A stretch of 64,000 nucleotides of DNA from the human T2T-CHM13v2.0 reference genome, Homo sapiens, in the NCBI RefSeq assembly GCF_009914755.1, contig NC_060926.1; one strand, 5' to 3'. Both the position numbers and the translations under genes were made by a program. How positions within the stretch are numbered: the first letter of the stretch is position 1; every line of letters starts with the position of its first letter. Under the pieces are notes generated by a model. The model was given only the letters and a program-made list of their open reading frames with translations, made no database searches and had not been told where the DNA came from. Below, in pieces: positions 43,065 through 57,875 of the stretch.

Positions 43065-43211
43065 CTTTTCTTTTTTTTTTTTTAATTTTTTTGTAGAGAT
43101 GGAGTCTTGCTGTTTTGCCCAGGTTGTTTTCGAACTCCTGACCTCAAGCAATCCTCCTGTCTCTGCCTCCCAGAGTGCTGGGATAACAAACATAAGCCAC
43201 CATGCCCAGCC
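43065..43211 (-). mobile_element. Alu left monomer (FLAM_C-like)
   Basis: tgtagagatggagtcttgc...ctcctgacctcaagcaatcctcc...agccaccatgcccagcc; TSD-like aatactcag / aatcctcag. Confidence 0.9.
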
Positions 43212-43709
43212 AATCCTCAGTTATTTTCTAATACTAGATAATCTAATTGCTCACTTATTACATTATTTTTCCAATTAAAGGTGTAAGATTTAGACATTAA
43301 ATTTAAGTTATAAGTGTTTCCTTGAACACCTAATTGTAACTGCAACTAGAACAGTGATCATTGGTGACTATTGAAAGTTCAGTGATTTTTAAATATATTT
43401 TCAATCTGTAAAGTAGTAGCATAGCCCAGATTGCATAGGATGAAAAATGGAAGATCACCTAAATCTTTTCAAATCCTTGGATGAAAACATCCTAGAAGAA
43501 TGACTTGGTTTTTGTCTGTGTGTTGTTTCTTTTGCTGTATGATTTGGGGGATTATCACCACAATAGGGGTGACCTACACTACCAGGGAAAATATTCTGCC
43601 AAATCAAGGGTGATTTCTGTATTAATTCACTACTCTTCTTCGTTTAGCCCAGTTCCTGGAATACGGTCAGTTTTAAATAAATATCTCATAAATTAATAGA
43701 TGGGAAATT

Positions 43710-43905
43710 GAATTACATAAGGAAAATTATTCCAACAATTAGAACAGTCTGGAAGTGGATTGAGCTGCGCTGGGGAGTAATGATCACCGTACCATGACAC
43801 AAGTAACTTCTCATGGCTGGATGTGATGGAGGATATCCAAGCACCTGGCAGGCATTTGTAGAGATCCCCGCTAAAGCCCCCTTCAGCTATAGGATTCTAT
43901 GATTC
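43710..43905 (+). mobile_element. L3/CR1 3' end
   Basis: ataaggaaaattattccaacaattagaac...cccttcagctataggattctatgattc with a CR1-type (ATTCTRTG) tail. Confidence 0.65.
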
Positions 43906-44367
43906 TTTTCCTGTGAAAATTTGGAACACGTGATAGTGTATTACCTCTCGCAGATCATAGGGGCACCATTTAATAACTTACTACATTAATGTATTAAATT
44001 GTACTTTTGTGACTTCAATAAATTCAGTGCTTCTAAAGCATGATTACTGTATTCTCCTGGCAGGACACAAGTTGTTTCTTAGTCAGTCTTCATAAACTAT
44101 TATATCACTGTCATGCTTACTTTAGAAGTAGCAAAATCAAGGCAGGAAGGAATGCAGAGCTTCTTACACCTCAGCCTTAGACATAATGATTTCCAGAATT
44201 TCAAAGAATATTCCACAGAGCCCAGATATCGTAAATAAAGTGTCTGTCCAATTGTAAAGCCCATATTATTGAGTATAGTTACAATTTTCCTGGTGATAAT
44301 TGCATACATAAACGGGGGAAAAAATAGATCATCTACTTAAAAAGTGTTTAGCCAAAAGAAATCAGTC

Positions 44368-44688
<321 letters not shown>

Positions 44689-45978
44689 TCACTGCCCACC
44701 ATCTTTGCTTGAAGAAAATCTCCCAGAGCACAGTGAATGCTAGATGAGAAGTGACTGTGTATTCCATTAGGCCTTATGTATGTATATACCCAAAGGCCTA
44801 GTCATTGGTATTTAGTAGTGAGTTCATCAATGAAATATTAGAAATGTTCCCAATTTATACATACTTAAAAGCTAGGATAGAAAAATGAAAACTTCCAAAA
44901 CTAAAATATTTCATTTTGAACTCAAATTCATTTACTTCAATGCCCTGTTGACTGATGCAATTTTAGATTATAACAGCAAGAACCAAGTGTACGCTGCCTG
45001 AAGAAGTAATAAGTAAGGAACATTTTGAAGGAAGCCCTAGAGACAGGAAGGAACTTAGGTAAAGGTTTCTGCGTATGTGCAAAAGTACCCATAAGTAAAA
45101 TGAACCAGTGTGTCAAAATGTAATTCTATAATTCCCAGGGCAACATCTAAAGGAACTGAGTTGTAAGCAATACATTTGCAATACATGACGGTTTGAGTTT
45201 CCAGAAAACTCAGATCAGTCCCAGGAGATCCTCTTTACGGTGTATTCATGAAACAATACAGATTATTAATTATGAGGATACGCTTTTTCTTTAACCAGTG
45301 ACATTCTAAATATTAACGAGAAACAAACAAAACTATATTGGATATACCTATACATAGGTCGGCTTTTTCTTTTCCATGGATGCCAATTTATTTACTCTTC
45401 TTCTTTCTAAATGCAGCTGTAAACGATCTCTGCACAAACTATCCCGGTACAAGCAGAACAGATTCAGTGAATAATAACTCATTGAAATTGAGGCAGTTAC
45501 AGTCACATTTGCACTCCTCGAAGCTGGCAGTTTCATTCTCTAGAGACAGGTGCATTTATCACATTCACAACCATAGTAAAATGAAATCATCAACTAAAGG
45601 GACTTTAGCTCATTCATTTTCCTCCAGGAGAGCCACTGAACATTTTAAATATTTAAAAAGAAGATCTCCAGCCTCTATTTTTTTTGAAAGAAAGAAGAAA
45701 GCCCAGAGAAGTCAACGGGGAGTGTCAAGATATTCCATGGTACAGTCAGAGACAAGGACATTATGAGTACTGAACGATTGCATTAATATGGCATGTATGA
45801 ACTAATAATAAATCAGAATCTGGGGGTGGAAGGTGAGCAGAATAGACTAGCATAAAATTTGAATGTTGAATTCAAATTAATAAAATTTGGTGTTGAATTT
45901 AGTCATTTTCTTTCTCTATAAATTGTTCTTTGCTTAAGTGTACTCTTAATTTCATAAGGAAAACATATCAGGTTTCAC

Positions 45979-46255
45979 TTTTTTTTTTTTTTTTTTTTGA
46001 GACGGAGTGCAGTGGCGTGATCTCGGCTCACTGAAAGCTCCGACTCCTGGGTTCATGCCATTCTCCTGCCTCAGCCTCCCAAGTAGCTGGGACTACAGGC
46101 ACCCACCACCACACCCGGCTAACTTTTTTGTATTTTTAGTAGAGACAGGGTTTCACCGCATTAGCCAGGATGGTCTCTGTCTCCTGACCTCGTAATCCAC
46201 CCGTCTGGGCCTCCCAAAGTTCTGGGATTACAGGCGTGAGCCACCGCGCCCAGCC
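45979..46255 (-). mobile_element. AluY-like element with an internal 25-nt deletion
   Basis: aagctcc, ttcatgccattctc and ttagccaggatggtctc (Y-type positions); gagacggagt|gcagtggc junction. Confidence 0.95.
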
Positions 46256-49058
46256 TGGATTTTACTTCTTTCTCTTTACTGTTTTGATTTCGGGAATAAG
46301 AAACATTTGACCTTGTCACCAAGTTCTTCTGGCTTTGAGCACTGGTATTCAAGATACTTTGACTAGGAATCCTTACTTTCTATAATCTCAGTTAGAAATG
46401 TGGACATTAAAAAATTATCATTTTAGGCATTAATTTAGATCTACAAAATGAGTCTTCTATGTACATAAATAGTTTTTTTAAGTAAAATAAATTACATCAC
46501 ATGGATGGAGTAAAGAAAGACATGAATATTTCTCCTGGATTACATGATAAAGATTACAAACTCATTGATGAATTAATTACAATGGCAACTTCTTGGACGT
46601 AACTAAACCCCAATTTTGCAGAGCACTATCAACCTGCTTTTAAGACACATACAAATACATGATCTCTAAATAATTTGATCAACTTAATAAGCATTTTTGT
46701 CCTTGTTACCACAGTTTAGGGAATTCTGGTGTGGACTGAGAAATATCAGTGTTTTGAAATTAATTTGATGGCTAAGCATAATGCTCCAAATATGTGAGGA
46801 CAAACCTTAGAGTCTTCCTACTTCCTCATATTCCCTAGATGGTGCCAACATATCCTTAGATCCTTTGAAAGACCATATAAAAATAATAGAAATATGAAGA
46901 GCAGTAGGCATACTACTTAACAAAAATCATTTCTTCTGTTACAGGTTTCCCGAACATAAAGTTAACCTAAACACAACAGACTGCACAAAGCACAAAACTT
47001 CACGGCAAACACCTTCGAGTTTTGAAAATGAGACATTTGTTGTTTATACTAAAGTCACTGAAGTTTCACAGATAAAGAGAAAGAATTGCTCTCAAGATCT
47101 CAATGATGCTTATCCAAATGGGAGAAGGCAGTAATTACACATTGAAATGTAAACAGATTAGCCTTTGGGCTTCCAGAGCACAGATAAACTCATCAGATCT
47201 GACTGTTTATATTAGTTATTGGAATACTTCTGCTTAAATACTTAACACCTCTCATCTAAATGTACCAGGTATCCTGATAAGTGTATACATGTCCCATGAA
47301 AGTGTTTGAAAACTGATGATGATCATGGATTGTATGCTGTTCACTGTCTCTAGTAGCATCATATGCAAATAAGGCTTTTTGTTTTCCAGGTTGAAGCACT
47401 CTCTATGAACTTTCACAGACTTGCATTTTCTTCTCTCCACTAAAACCTCTCAGTTATCTCTCTGACACTGCTCCCGATAATGGAAAAGATTTCTGCTTAT
47501 TAGGATAATCTCCAATCCCTAGCTCATCTACTTCCATGTGAGAATTGTTTAAAAACGATTTTGCCCTAGGTAATACACTTTAAGCTCCCCAATGACTTTT
47601 CCCATCTCACTTCTTGACTAGTAGTTTCTTTTTCTGATACATACAGATATTGATTACATCTTTTATTTTTTTGGTATCAAAACACCTATCTAGGTAGGTG
47701 GGAGGATGGGAGGGTAAAATCTTTAAAGTAATGACCAGGTAAAAATATCTTCATGGGAGAAAGAAAACCTATAGCTATATTTTCAAGTTCAGCCACCACA
47801 CAGCAAATAGTCTAAAATAGCTTTCCCTAAAACATGAATATTTCTTTAAAAATAATCTATCCATGAAAAAAATTGGGTCTGAAAATCTTCTTTAACACTG
47901 AGTTATAGATAATTACGATGCTTCAACCCTTCAAGGAGTCTCAAGCCTTTAATTCATATGCTTGCCATATCATGTCTTTATAATGACATTCAGAGACACT
48001 AGGTTCAGCAGTTTTTCCCTTTCCTTTGTCATTCATTACATTCCAAACATTTGTGTCCTACAATATATGTAGGGCAACTGGCTTTATAACTATTCTTAGC
48101 TCTATAAAGCCAGATATAACTATTCCATAGCAATTGCTGTTTTACTTTTTAAATATTTCATCACTTTATTTGCTAGCTAAAATTTTACCACAAGGATGGC
48201 TCAAGTTTTAAAAATGGTATGGAAAATACATATAAAATTAATTGTTACAAGTTTCTAATTCAAAAGAGTAATGTCAAATATATGAACGACCTTCATTCCT
48301 CAATTTTTCTTTCCCTAAGGGAATCTCTAAAAATTAAAATATGTTCACTGGCTTGAAAATTCAGATTTCCTCATAAATTTATCTCAGGAGTTGTCATAAT
48401 AGGTTTTTATTTTTTATTTTTAAAAAGGGCTTTTCTCTAAGAAGTAAGGCTATATTCCTGTCTTAGTCTATTTCATGTTCCACGCCTCAGTGTACTGACC
48501 AAACAGGGCATTGATAGTTAATTAGTTCAGAAATGTAAGCTGTATCATTCAAGAATTAAAGCAAACTGAAGAAAACAAGGAATTCATGAGACGCACAAGT
48601 TGTTCCTGCTGCTGTTTGTGTTGTTATTGCAGGTAGTGTTGTGTGGTTGCTAGGGTAGCAGTGTGTGTATTACTGATAGGCATAGTATTATTTGGCCACA
48701 GTCTTTCTCATGAGTAGATAGTGTCTGTAGATTGATCGTTGACACTAGCAAAGAGAGGCACTAGTTTTACCAGAGAGAAAATGAGAAATAAATAATTCTC
48801 CACAAGAAAGCAGTTAGTTATATTTGTGTGGCTCTGAAATCTTGTCAGCCTGAACACAGCATTTGAAGATTTTTTTTTTTTCTGTGAACTTTACCCTGGG
48901 AAGGTGTAAAGATAAAATATACCATATGTGTTACAGTATTGTGAAAATTGTTGAAGTAAAATCCAGTTGCTCAGAAAGGGAATACGAAATTTATCAAACA
49001 TCTATTGAAGCATTTTAAAAAAATTAGTTTGAGGATTCTGACCAAAAGCAATACCTGA

Positions 49059-49391
<333 letters not shown>

Positions 49392-49996
49392 AACAATAAT
49401 CATTTTTATAAATTCAAGTCAAGTGAACTTCTAATGTCAAACAGTTTGGAGAAAGGAAGACTTATTTCGCAACTGAAAAATTGTATGGAAATCTGGAATG
49501 AGTAGCAAGCTGAATATAAATGAATAAAGCAAATAAAAATAAAGCCTAGTAAATGTTTCAGATACCTCTAAGGAGAGAAAGAAGTCATAGTGATTGATCC
49601 AAAGGTTACAAACAGAGATACTAAACACAGAATAAGATGGTACTTGGGAAAATACAAGAAGTTTTGCTTATGGCAAAACAAATGAAATACCGATCATCAA
49701 GTGGTAGAACAAGCAGGAAATGAAAAAATAACAGATCTAAGAGGACCAACCCTCCAAAAATCAGTTGAGAGTTTGAAAAATAAGACAGAAATAAGAATAC
49801 TGTTATCAATGAAGTTGACTCTGATAAATTCTTACCTAAAAACACTATGTTTTCTTTTATATTACAAATAAAAGTATGTATAATTATATACAATATAAAA
49901 TAATTATATATATAAACTATGAAATGATATGTATTCACTCAATATATCATTGAAACAGTTTCAGTGAAATTGTTTTGAAGGAAAATATAAGAATAT

Positions 49997-50520
<524 letters not shown>

Positions 50521-50987
50521 AGATAATTTTTTCAACTACCATCTAGGAAAGAGCTGAGATGGAATGGTCAAGTGATTAGACAAAAGAGAAGTGAGATGAG
50601 AGAGCCTTTCCTTGATGTCTCTTATAGAATAGAAAGGAGCCAGATTTGGTAAGAGATCCAATTGTGGCAAAGGACCAACGATGTTAAGAATCGACCATAC
50701 TAATTTATGCAGACGGAACACAGCCTATTCCTATTTTAGCCACAAGAAATATTTCATAATTTAAAGGGGGAAATGTCTGTCAAATATTTACAACTTTTAA
50801 TATTTATGATATGTATATATTTTTATTAATGAACAGTTGTATAATCCAAATTACCTATAGCTAAATGTACAACATACACACACATGCATGCACACCTTCA
50901 AACACACACACAACTATCATGAAGTGATTAACAACATTTAAGTCAAGTGAGATGATTTAGGTATAGGTAATGTTAACATGAGGCAAA

Positions 50988-51340
50988 ATTCTGCAACATG
51001 GATGACTCTTGAGGACGTTATGTTAAGTGAAATAAGCCAGTCACAAATAATTATAAAAATGATGTATAATTCCATTTATATGAGATACCTACAGTAATCA
51101 AATTCATAGAGACAGACAGTAGAATGGTGGTTGCCAGGGGCTGGATGTGGGGAGGGAGAGATGCGGAGTTGTTGTTCAATGGGTACAGAGTTTCAGTTTT
51201 GCAAGATGAAAAGGTTCTGGAGAGCTGACTCACAAAAAATGTGAATATATTTAACACTACTGAACTATACACCTAAAAATGGCTAAAATGGTAAATTTTA
51301 TGTCATGTGTTTTTTAATAAAATTTAAAAATTAGGAAAAA
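50988..51340 (+). mobile_element. L1MB-type 3' end
   Basis: gcaacatggatgactcttgaggacgttatgttaagtgaaataagccagtcac...aatgggtacagagtttcagttttgcaagatgaaaa. Confidence 0.9.
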
Positions 51341-51676
51341 CTTGTGAAATTAGAGAAAAACGGTCTTTTCTCTTTCCCTCGCACAACCTGTTATCCCTTG
51401 TAATATTTCCGATGTTCTTATTCTTTGCCACAGTCTACTCACCTTGAGTACAATTCTCTTGTAAACTGATAATCCACTCATCTACTATATTTCCTAAGAT
51501 ATTTCCAAGATATTTTTCTATGCTATTTATCCTAAGATAAATTATAAGTATGTTGCCCTTTAATTGAATAAGCCTGTCATGAAGGATCCTTGTAAAAGAA
51601 AACCCTTATTCAATGCAAAATACTCATGTTAGTAGGCAACAAATGTAAAGAAGTGCTTGTGAGTGTCCTGAAATAA

Positions 51677-51678
<2 letters not shown>

Positions 51679-51727
<49 letters not shown>
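51679..51727. repeat. (GT)24 microsatellite
   Basis: Uninterrupted GT run. Confidence 0.97.
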
Positions 51728-51728
<1 letters not shown>

Positions 51729-52039
51729 TGGGGTGGGGCTGAGGAAGAATGGCCACTTTATTTGGAGAATAGGTTTTAAGTTAGACACCCTATTTCTGAA
51801 ACATTAGGAGTTGAAGGCATGCTTGCCATATACGAGTTTACCTTCTAAATATGCCTGTGTGTGTGCCTATTTCATGTCCCTGATTGGCAACTGAGAAGTA
51901 ACACTGTTAATAATTTGAAGTGAAGATAAAATAATTTAACTGGAATGTCAGGAACTTCATTCAAATCAAGCAGATAATTATCAAGACATTTTAAGAGAAA
52001 TGTTACCCACTCCAATATTTAGAACAAATAACTTAAATA

Positions 52040-52276
52040 AATTTTCTTGAGAGATGGGTGCCTTACTCTGTCATAGCTCACTGCAGCTTAGAACTCCTAG
52101 GCTAGGAATCCTCCCACTTCAGTAGCTGGGACTACAGGTGCATTTTTTTTTTTTTTTTTAAGACGAGGGTCTCGCTATCTTGCTCAAGCTTGTCACGAAC
52201 TCCTGGACTCAAGCCATCCTCCTGCTTCAGTCTGCCAAGTTGCTGGGATTACAGATGTGAACCACAATGCCTGGCT
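52040..52276 (-). mobile_element. AluJ-type with several internal deletions
   Basis: atagctcactgcagc...gtagctgggactacagg...gggtctcgctatcttgc...tgcctggct; TSD-like agaacaaataactt / agaagaaataactt. Confidence 0.9.
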
Positions 52277-52919
52277 AGAAGAAATAACTTTAAAATGGGC
52301 TTTGATGCAACATAAAATGCATCTTAGGAAGTAATCTTATCCTGGAAGTAGAATAGTCTGGTGAAATCATTAAACCTTTTCAATTCACGTCTCTTTTCTT
52401 TTCTTTTAAATGAGATGTTGGATATGAATAGAAATGCTTGACAGGTATTTTTAATTTTCCAAATCCCTTATTTTCATAGTGCAAACATATATAAATTATA
52501 CAGGATAAAATATAAAAAGCCTTTAAAACCAATACCTGCTAATCACTTTGGATAGATTCTTAGCATCAACTCTAGTCTTACTGAGATTTTCATTTTTTTT
52601 CCTTTCAGTACTACTTAGCTTTTTTTATTTTGTAGAAATATAAAGGGATTATGAAAATAAAATGAAAGGCTGGACTCTATTAGATTAGAGATAGCTTTGG
52701 TCCAGTACAAGCTGTGCCTTGAAATACATCTAAGGCATTTTATGGTTAAAACAGCAAGAAGGCAGTTTAATTTCCCATTAAATCACAGTTTAATGCACTC
52801 TAGAACAAATGAAGTGATTGAAAATTTTGGATATATGATGATGTTTATATTTGTACTCCACAAACACCACACTCAAATGCCATTGACAAATTCCAAGTAT
52901 GCATTAAAGAGAGAAAGGG

Positions 52920-53371
<452 letters not shown>

Positions 53372-53574
53372 TTATAACTAGCAACAAATATGCAAAAAAC
53401 TAGGACTGTAAAGCAAAGAAAATACCTGATTATTTTTTGTCTTATCAGCAAAAAAGTATATATGTGTCATCTAACCCCTTTCTCTATATCTACCAGATGT
53501 ATAGATAGTGAAGAATTTAAATTGTGCTAATAAATAGTCAACCACATAGGACAATTAACAATAAAAGCCAAGGA

Positions 53575-53795
53575 ACAGCATCATATAGTTGAAAAAGCAC
53601 TTGCTTTGGGAGCTGACCTGGCATTATAGAAATAGGTGTGCTACTTTCTATAAATAGTGCTTCTGTAACTTTTTCTTAAAGGGAGATAATGCCTAGTTCA
53701 AAGAAATGTTATGATGAAAACATTAAATAGCAACTAGAACTAACTATACACCAAATAGAGAGTGACTGGTGTACATTATTTTCTCAATAAATATC
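53575..53795 (+). mobile_element. MIR SINE (degraded)
   Basis: cagcatcatatagttgaaaaagcacttgctttgggag...gggagataatgcc...ctcaataaatatc. Confidence 0.55.
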
Positions 53796-55757
53796 AATAT
53801 CCTTTCCCTCTTCAATTAGGTTGTTCTGTGAATAATATGCAAAATTCCTCCCCTTTTGAGACAACACACAGCAATACACACTAAAATGCCTCCACATTCT
53901 TCTCCTTTCAGGGTAATTTATTTCTGAAAACCTATGAGAAATTATTGGAATTTAAAAACATAATTACCTTTGAGATTAATGGTACATAATTACTTCAGTA
54001 GTTAACAAAACACACGTGAAATACTTAATGCTCATGTAATTAACATGTATAACAAAACAAGAAAAAACAGTGAAGAAAGAAGAAATAAAAAACAATACAA
54101 GTAATGCACTAACATTACTATTATAAACTAGCCAACCAATAGTATTCGATAAGAAAATTTAAAACAAAATACACGTATACACCAAGGTTACTTTTCTTTC
54201 TCTACACTTAGTTGTTTATCAGATGTAGAAAATCCAGATCGGTCTTCTAAATGCTAATACCTTATTAATCAAAATATGTATATGAAATTAAACTCTTTCT
54301 CAAGTTGGGCTTATCTTGGAGTTTTGCCATGTAAGTATTTGCTAACTCTCTTTTTCTTAACATACTTTTGTTTATGGAGAACCAAAAATATAAGTTATCT
54401 TGAGATATATACTCTTGTCCAAACACTGCAATGTGTCCACAATATCTCAAGGAACAAAGTTGTTAAAATTTGTCTTCATTAATCCCCAACTTAGGACTGG
54501 CAGCTTTTTTTTTTATCATAAGAGTGTGTTGGCTCCTTGGCAGAGGTAGTTGAAGGCTCCTCTTCATTTTTTTTTAATGAGCATACCACAGCCTAGAAAA
54601 CATAATACTGGCCTAAAATCACAGAAGCTACTTAGAGAAGGGACTGAAACTGTGACTCTGTCATTTTGCCCTGTTTATTACAATGACTAAGTCATTAAAT
54701 GAGTTGAATGGGGCACAGAGTACCATATGAAACTCAATCAAACTAATGTGTACCATAATGTTAACAACTAGCAAACATTTACAGGGATTGTTTTAGCCCC
54801 TCTCCAGCAGCAAGCTAAAGGAAATGAGAATATTCCACATTCCATACAAGTTCCCTCCATGGGCTTCCGTTTCTTTAAAAATTGGCTCTCCAAATTCGTT
54901 GCAAGATAATGTGACACTAGCACTGGGCCTGCCACAAGAAGTTGTATGTTCTGAGCTAGCTCTTCTCCTTCCCTCTCTACATTACGGATATGAAATAAGA
55001 ACCCGGTGAATGAATGGATTTTTATTATTTAAGATGCTGTTGTAAAATATGTAGATAATCAGATGTTACTCTAGTAATTATGTGGTTATTTTTCTGAAAG
55101 TGGAAATAAATTTTATGTGTTATATGCCATTTAGGGGGATAAACAGGGGTCAAGACAAAAAATAAGACAACAGGTCCACATGGAGAATTTAACCTGCAAT
55201 CTTAATCATGCCAGAAAAATGTTGTAATATATTTAGCCACAAGTAGACATGTTGAAAACATTCCCTGGCTTTATTTTAAAGGATGATTTTGAAACTGGGT
55301 ATATATTAAATGAGCTTGGACATCCTTATTACCCAACAACTATATTATATTTTTATACTAGTTGTTTAATTTTGTAAGTAAAGCTCACTTGCAGTATTGA
55401 GTTATGAGTTAGTCAAGATGAACAAAAACAACATAACAGCTAAAGTTTAACCTTTTAAACCTCTCTTTAAAAAAAGAGATGAGCGTTTTGGATGAAAATC
55501 TAAGTCAGTTATGTACTCTGTTTTCTTAAAACTGATCAAACTATGGAACTTAAAATAACACTTCCATAGCGACCTCTGACCATCATTAGGTGTACCAATT
55601 ATAGTATAGCAGTAACATCAGGGATTATAAAAGTTTGTAGGTCTGTTTGCCTTTATTGTGTTTACCTTTATAGCTCGGTTCTTGTGACTTTTGAGTTCCT
55701 TTGTACGCTTTTTATAGATTTTCTTCGACTTTCTTGCTGACACATTTAACTACTATC

Positions 55758-55832
55758 ATTGCGCAAGTCTTCACAGCCCCATCCCCTTTTTCGTTTCCCG
55801 CTTCCTAATAGGCAGTGGGTTTGGTAACCAAA
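55758..55832 (-). promoter_or_regulatory. Candidate promoter/enhancer motif cluster (C/EBP, ISRE/EICE, E2F, ETS)
   Basis: ATTGCGCAAG 55758-55767; TTTCGTTTCC 55789-55798; TTTCCCGC 55794-55801; CGCTTCCT 55799-55806; locally elevated CpG. Confidence 0.5.
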
Positions 55833-57176
55833 TAACACACTTGTTAAAATTGTCAGTAAAATAAGATTTTGTCAGTTCTAAGGAAACACTTATAAGAGAA
55901 AAAGGCACTTGCTTAGTTGCATGGACTTTGTGGTTGCAATTTGATTGTGCCTCGAGTTTTATTGTTTAAATCCTGCTTCTCAGCTCTGTCAACAATCATG
56001 AGGTTGTCATATGGCTAAATCCTGGGAGGTGGGATGTTGCTGTTTATTGAGTAGGCAAACTACCACATCCTCTTTGGGTATGTTATGGAAACAAATTAAG
56101 TTATGTCTGGAAGAGTTAGGGTGCACATCTGGAGAAAGGCGATAAAGTTATTCAAAGTTCAACAATATTATTAAAATGAATAATATTTTTTGAAATTTGA
56201 TTTAAGAAGCCACTAAACTGCACAAGTTCTTCGACTTGAAAAGTATTGCCATTTTTCATGTTATTCTAACTTCATCAAAATGTCTGTTTTGAAATGCAAT
56301 GGGTTGTACTGGAGGCTTATTCATTACAACCTATCCTGTTTGCAAATGCAGAAAAAAAAATGGTTATTTTTACTTGATTCTACCCAGGCAGGAAAGTACC
56401 CTACCACTTCACAGCCTAAAACAAACAATTATTGGTGATGGTCTCATTATAAATTGCTTTTCACTGACATAATGAGTTGTTCTTTCTTTTTTAAAAAGAG
56501 ACTTAGATAACATGAAACATATGAACTAAATTGTGTTTGCCTGACATAAGCTGAATTTAAAACTCTTGCTGAGATTACCACCCTTTTAATACTTTCGCCT
56601 ATTCCTTTGTGAGACAAAGGCTGAATTTTAAAAACTTTCGTACAGCAAAAGCAATTTATACATATAAAAATACTTGGAGTGCCCTAGGGGTTGTCGGTGT
56701 TGCAGAGAGACGGAAGACAAGTTTGATTTTAAGCTTAAGCTTCAAACATTTATGGCCTAAATGGGGATGTCATTCTGAATTAAGCCTCAAACAGTTTTTT
56801 TTATAGGCAAGAAAGGGTATCATTTCTAAGATGAGCTATAAAAGAGTGAAACAAGGCCCCAGTTCCTCGCACTCATCAGAAAGATTTTTCTCCCCACAAG
56901 AGCAGGGATTTCAATTGACAATCCCTGTCTCCTCCCAATTTGGGCACTTGTGCTCCTCTTCCATGAATTCTCTAACAGTTTCAATCAGAGGAGGTATTTT
57001 ATTTTTCCCTCCTGCTGCTACCAGATATGCCGGGCTGCTGACGTAAAATCATTGCCACATGACAGTGACTGCTCATGTCCCAACTCATCAGTCCCAATTC
57101 ACCAGTCAAGGACACCAACCCAGCGTTACAGAAGTCCTTTCCGTTGTTCCTGTGTGCCTTGTCTCTCCCTTCACAG

Positions 57177-57268
57177 CCTGTCCTGACACAAACATATCTT
57201 TTTTAAAAGTCTTTGACAAGTTTTCCTCTTTCTTTGCCTCCTTGGCTGTTTTTGAAGCCCGAGCCATG
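57177..57268 (+). other. Candidate exon ending in a Kozak-context ATG at a splice donor
   Basis: ...ccttgtctctcccttcacAG|...gcccgaGCCATG|GTaaat. Confidence 0.3.
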
Positions 57269-57835
57269 GTAAATAGCCTACGGTTTGACTCATTTCTTTC
57301 TACCTCTGCCCTCCTGACTGTAATTATGAGATAATTTAGCGGTGATACTCTCAGGCCAAGGCGATTAGCGAATTAACCTGAGGCAGCTCCAAGAAGTACG
57401 TCTGTAGTATCTCCTGATGCACTTTGCCCATTTTCACTTCCCTCTCTCATACTTCCTAATTACTCCAGAGCTTCATGTAGCTTCTTGCACTCCCCATGTC
57501 CCTAAGAACAGCATTCTACCCAGGCTTCTCTCATTAGGAAAGATCCAGATGCCTTAAATTATCCCTTCTAGCAAAGACTTGGTTTTAGTACTGGTTTTTT
57601 TTTTTTGTTGTTTGTTTGTTTTTTTTTTTTTTCCCAGGCCTCTGATCTGGGCCAAGTGCTGACCAGGCCATAGGAAAAAAAAAATCGATTAAAATGTTAA
57701 AAAAGCTAATATGTGTTTGTGTCCCCACTCCCAGGTGATACAGTTGTGCTTATAGCAGAGGTCAATTAGAAACATATTTTAATTGAAGTTTTCCTCGGGC
57801 AGAAAATTGTAAGATCACTGAAGACAACTGCAGAG

Positions 57836-57836
57836 T

Positions 57837-57868
<32 letters not shown>

Positions 57869-57875
57869 TGTGTGT
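57836..57875. repeat. (TG)n microsatellite
   Basis: Read directly. Confidence 0.95.

Noticed and set aside
45338-45766. 142-aa plus-strand ORF, the longest in unique sequence
   Set aside because: It starts at TTG, has no recognisable domain and is compatible with chance
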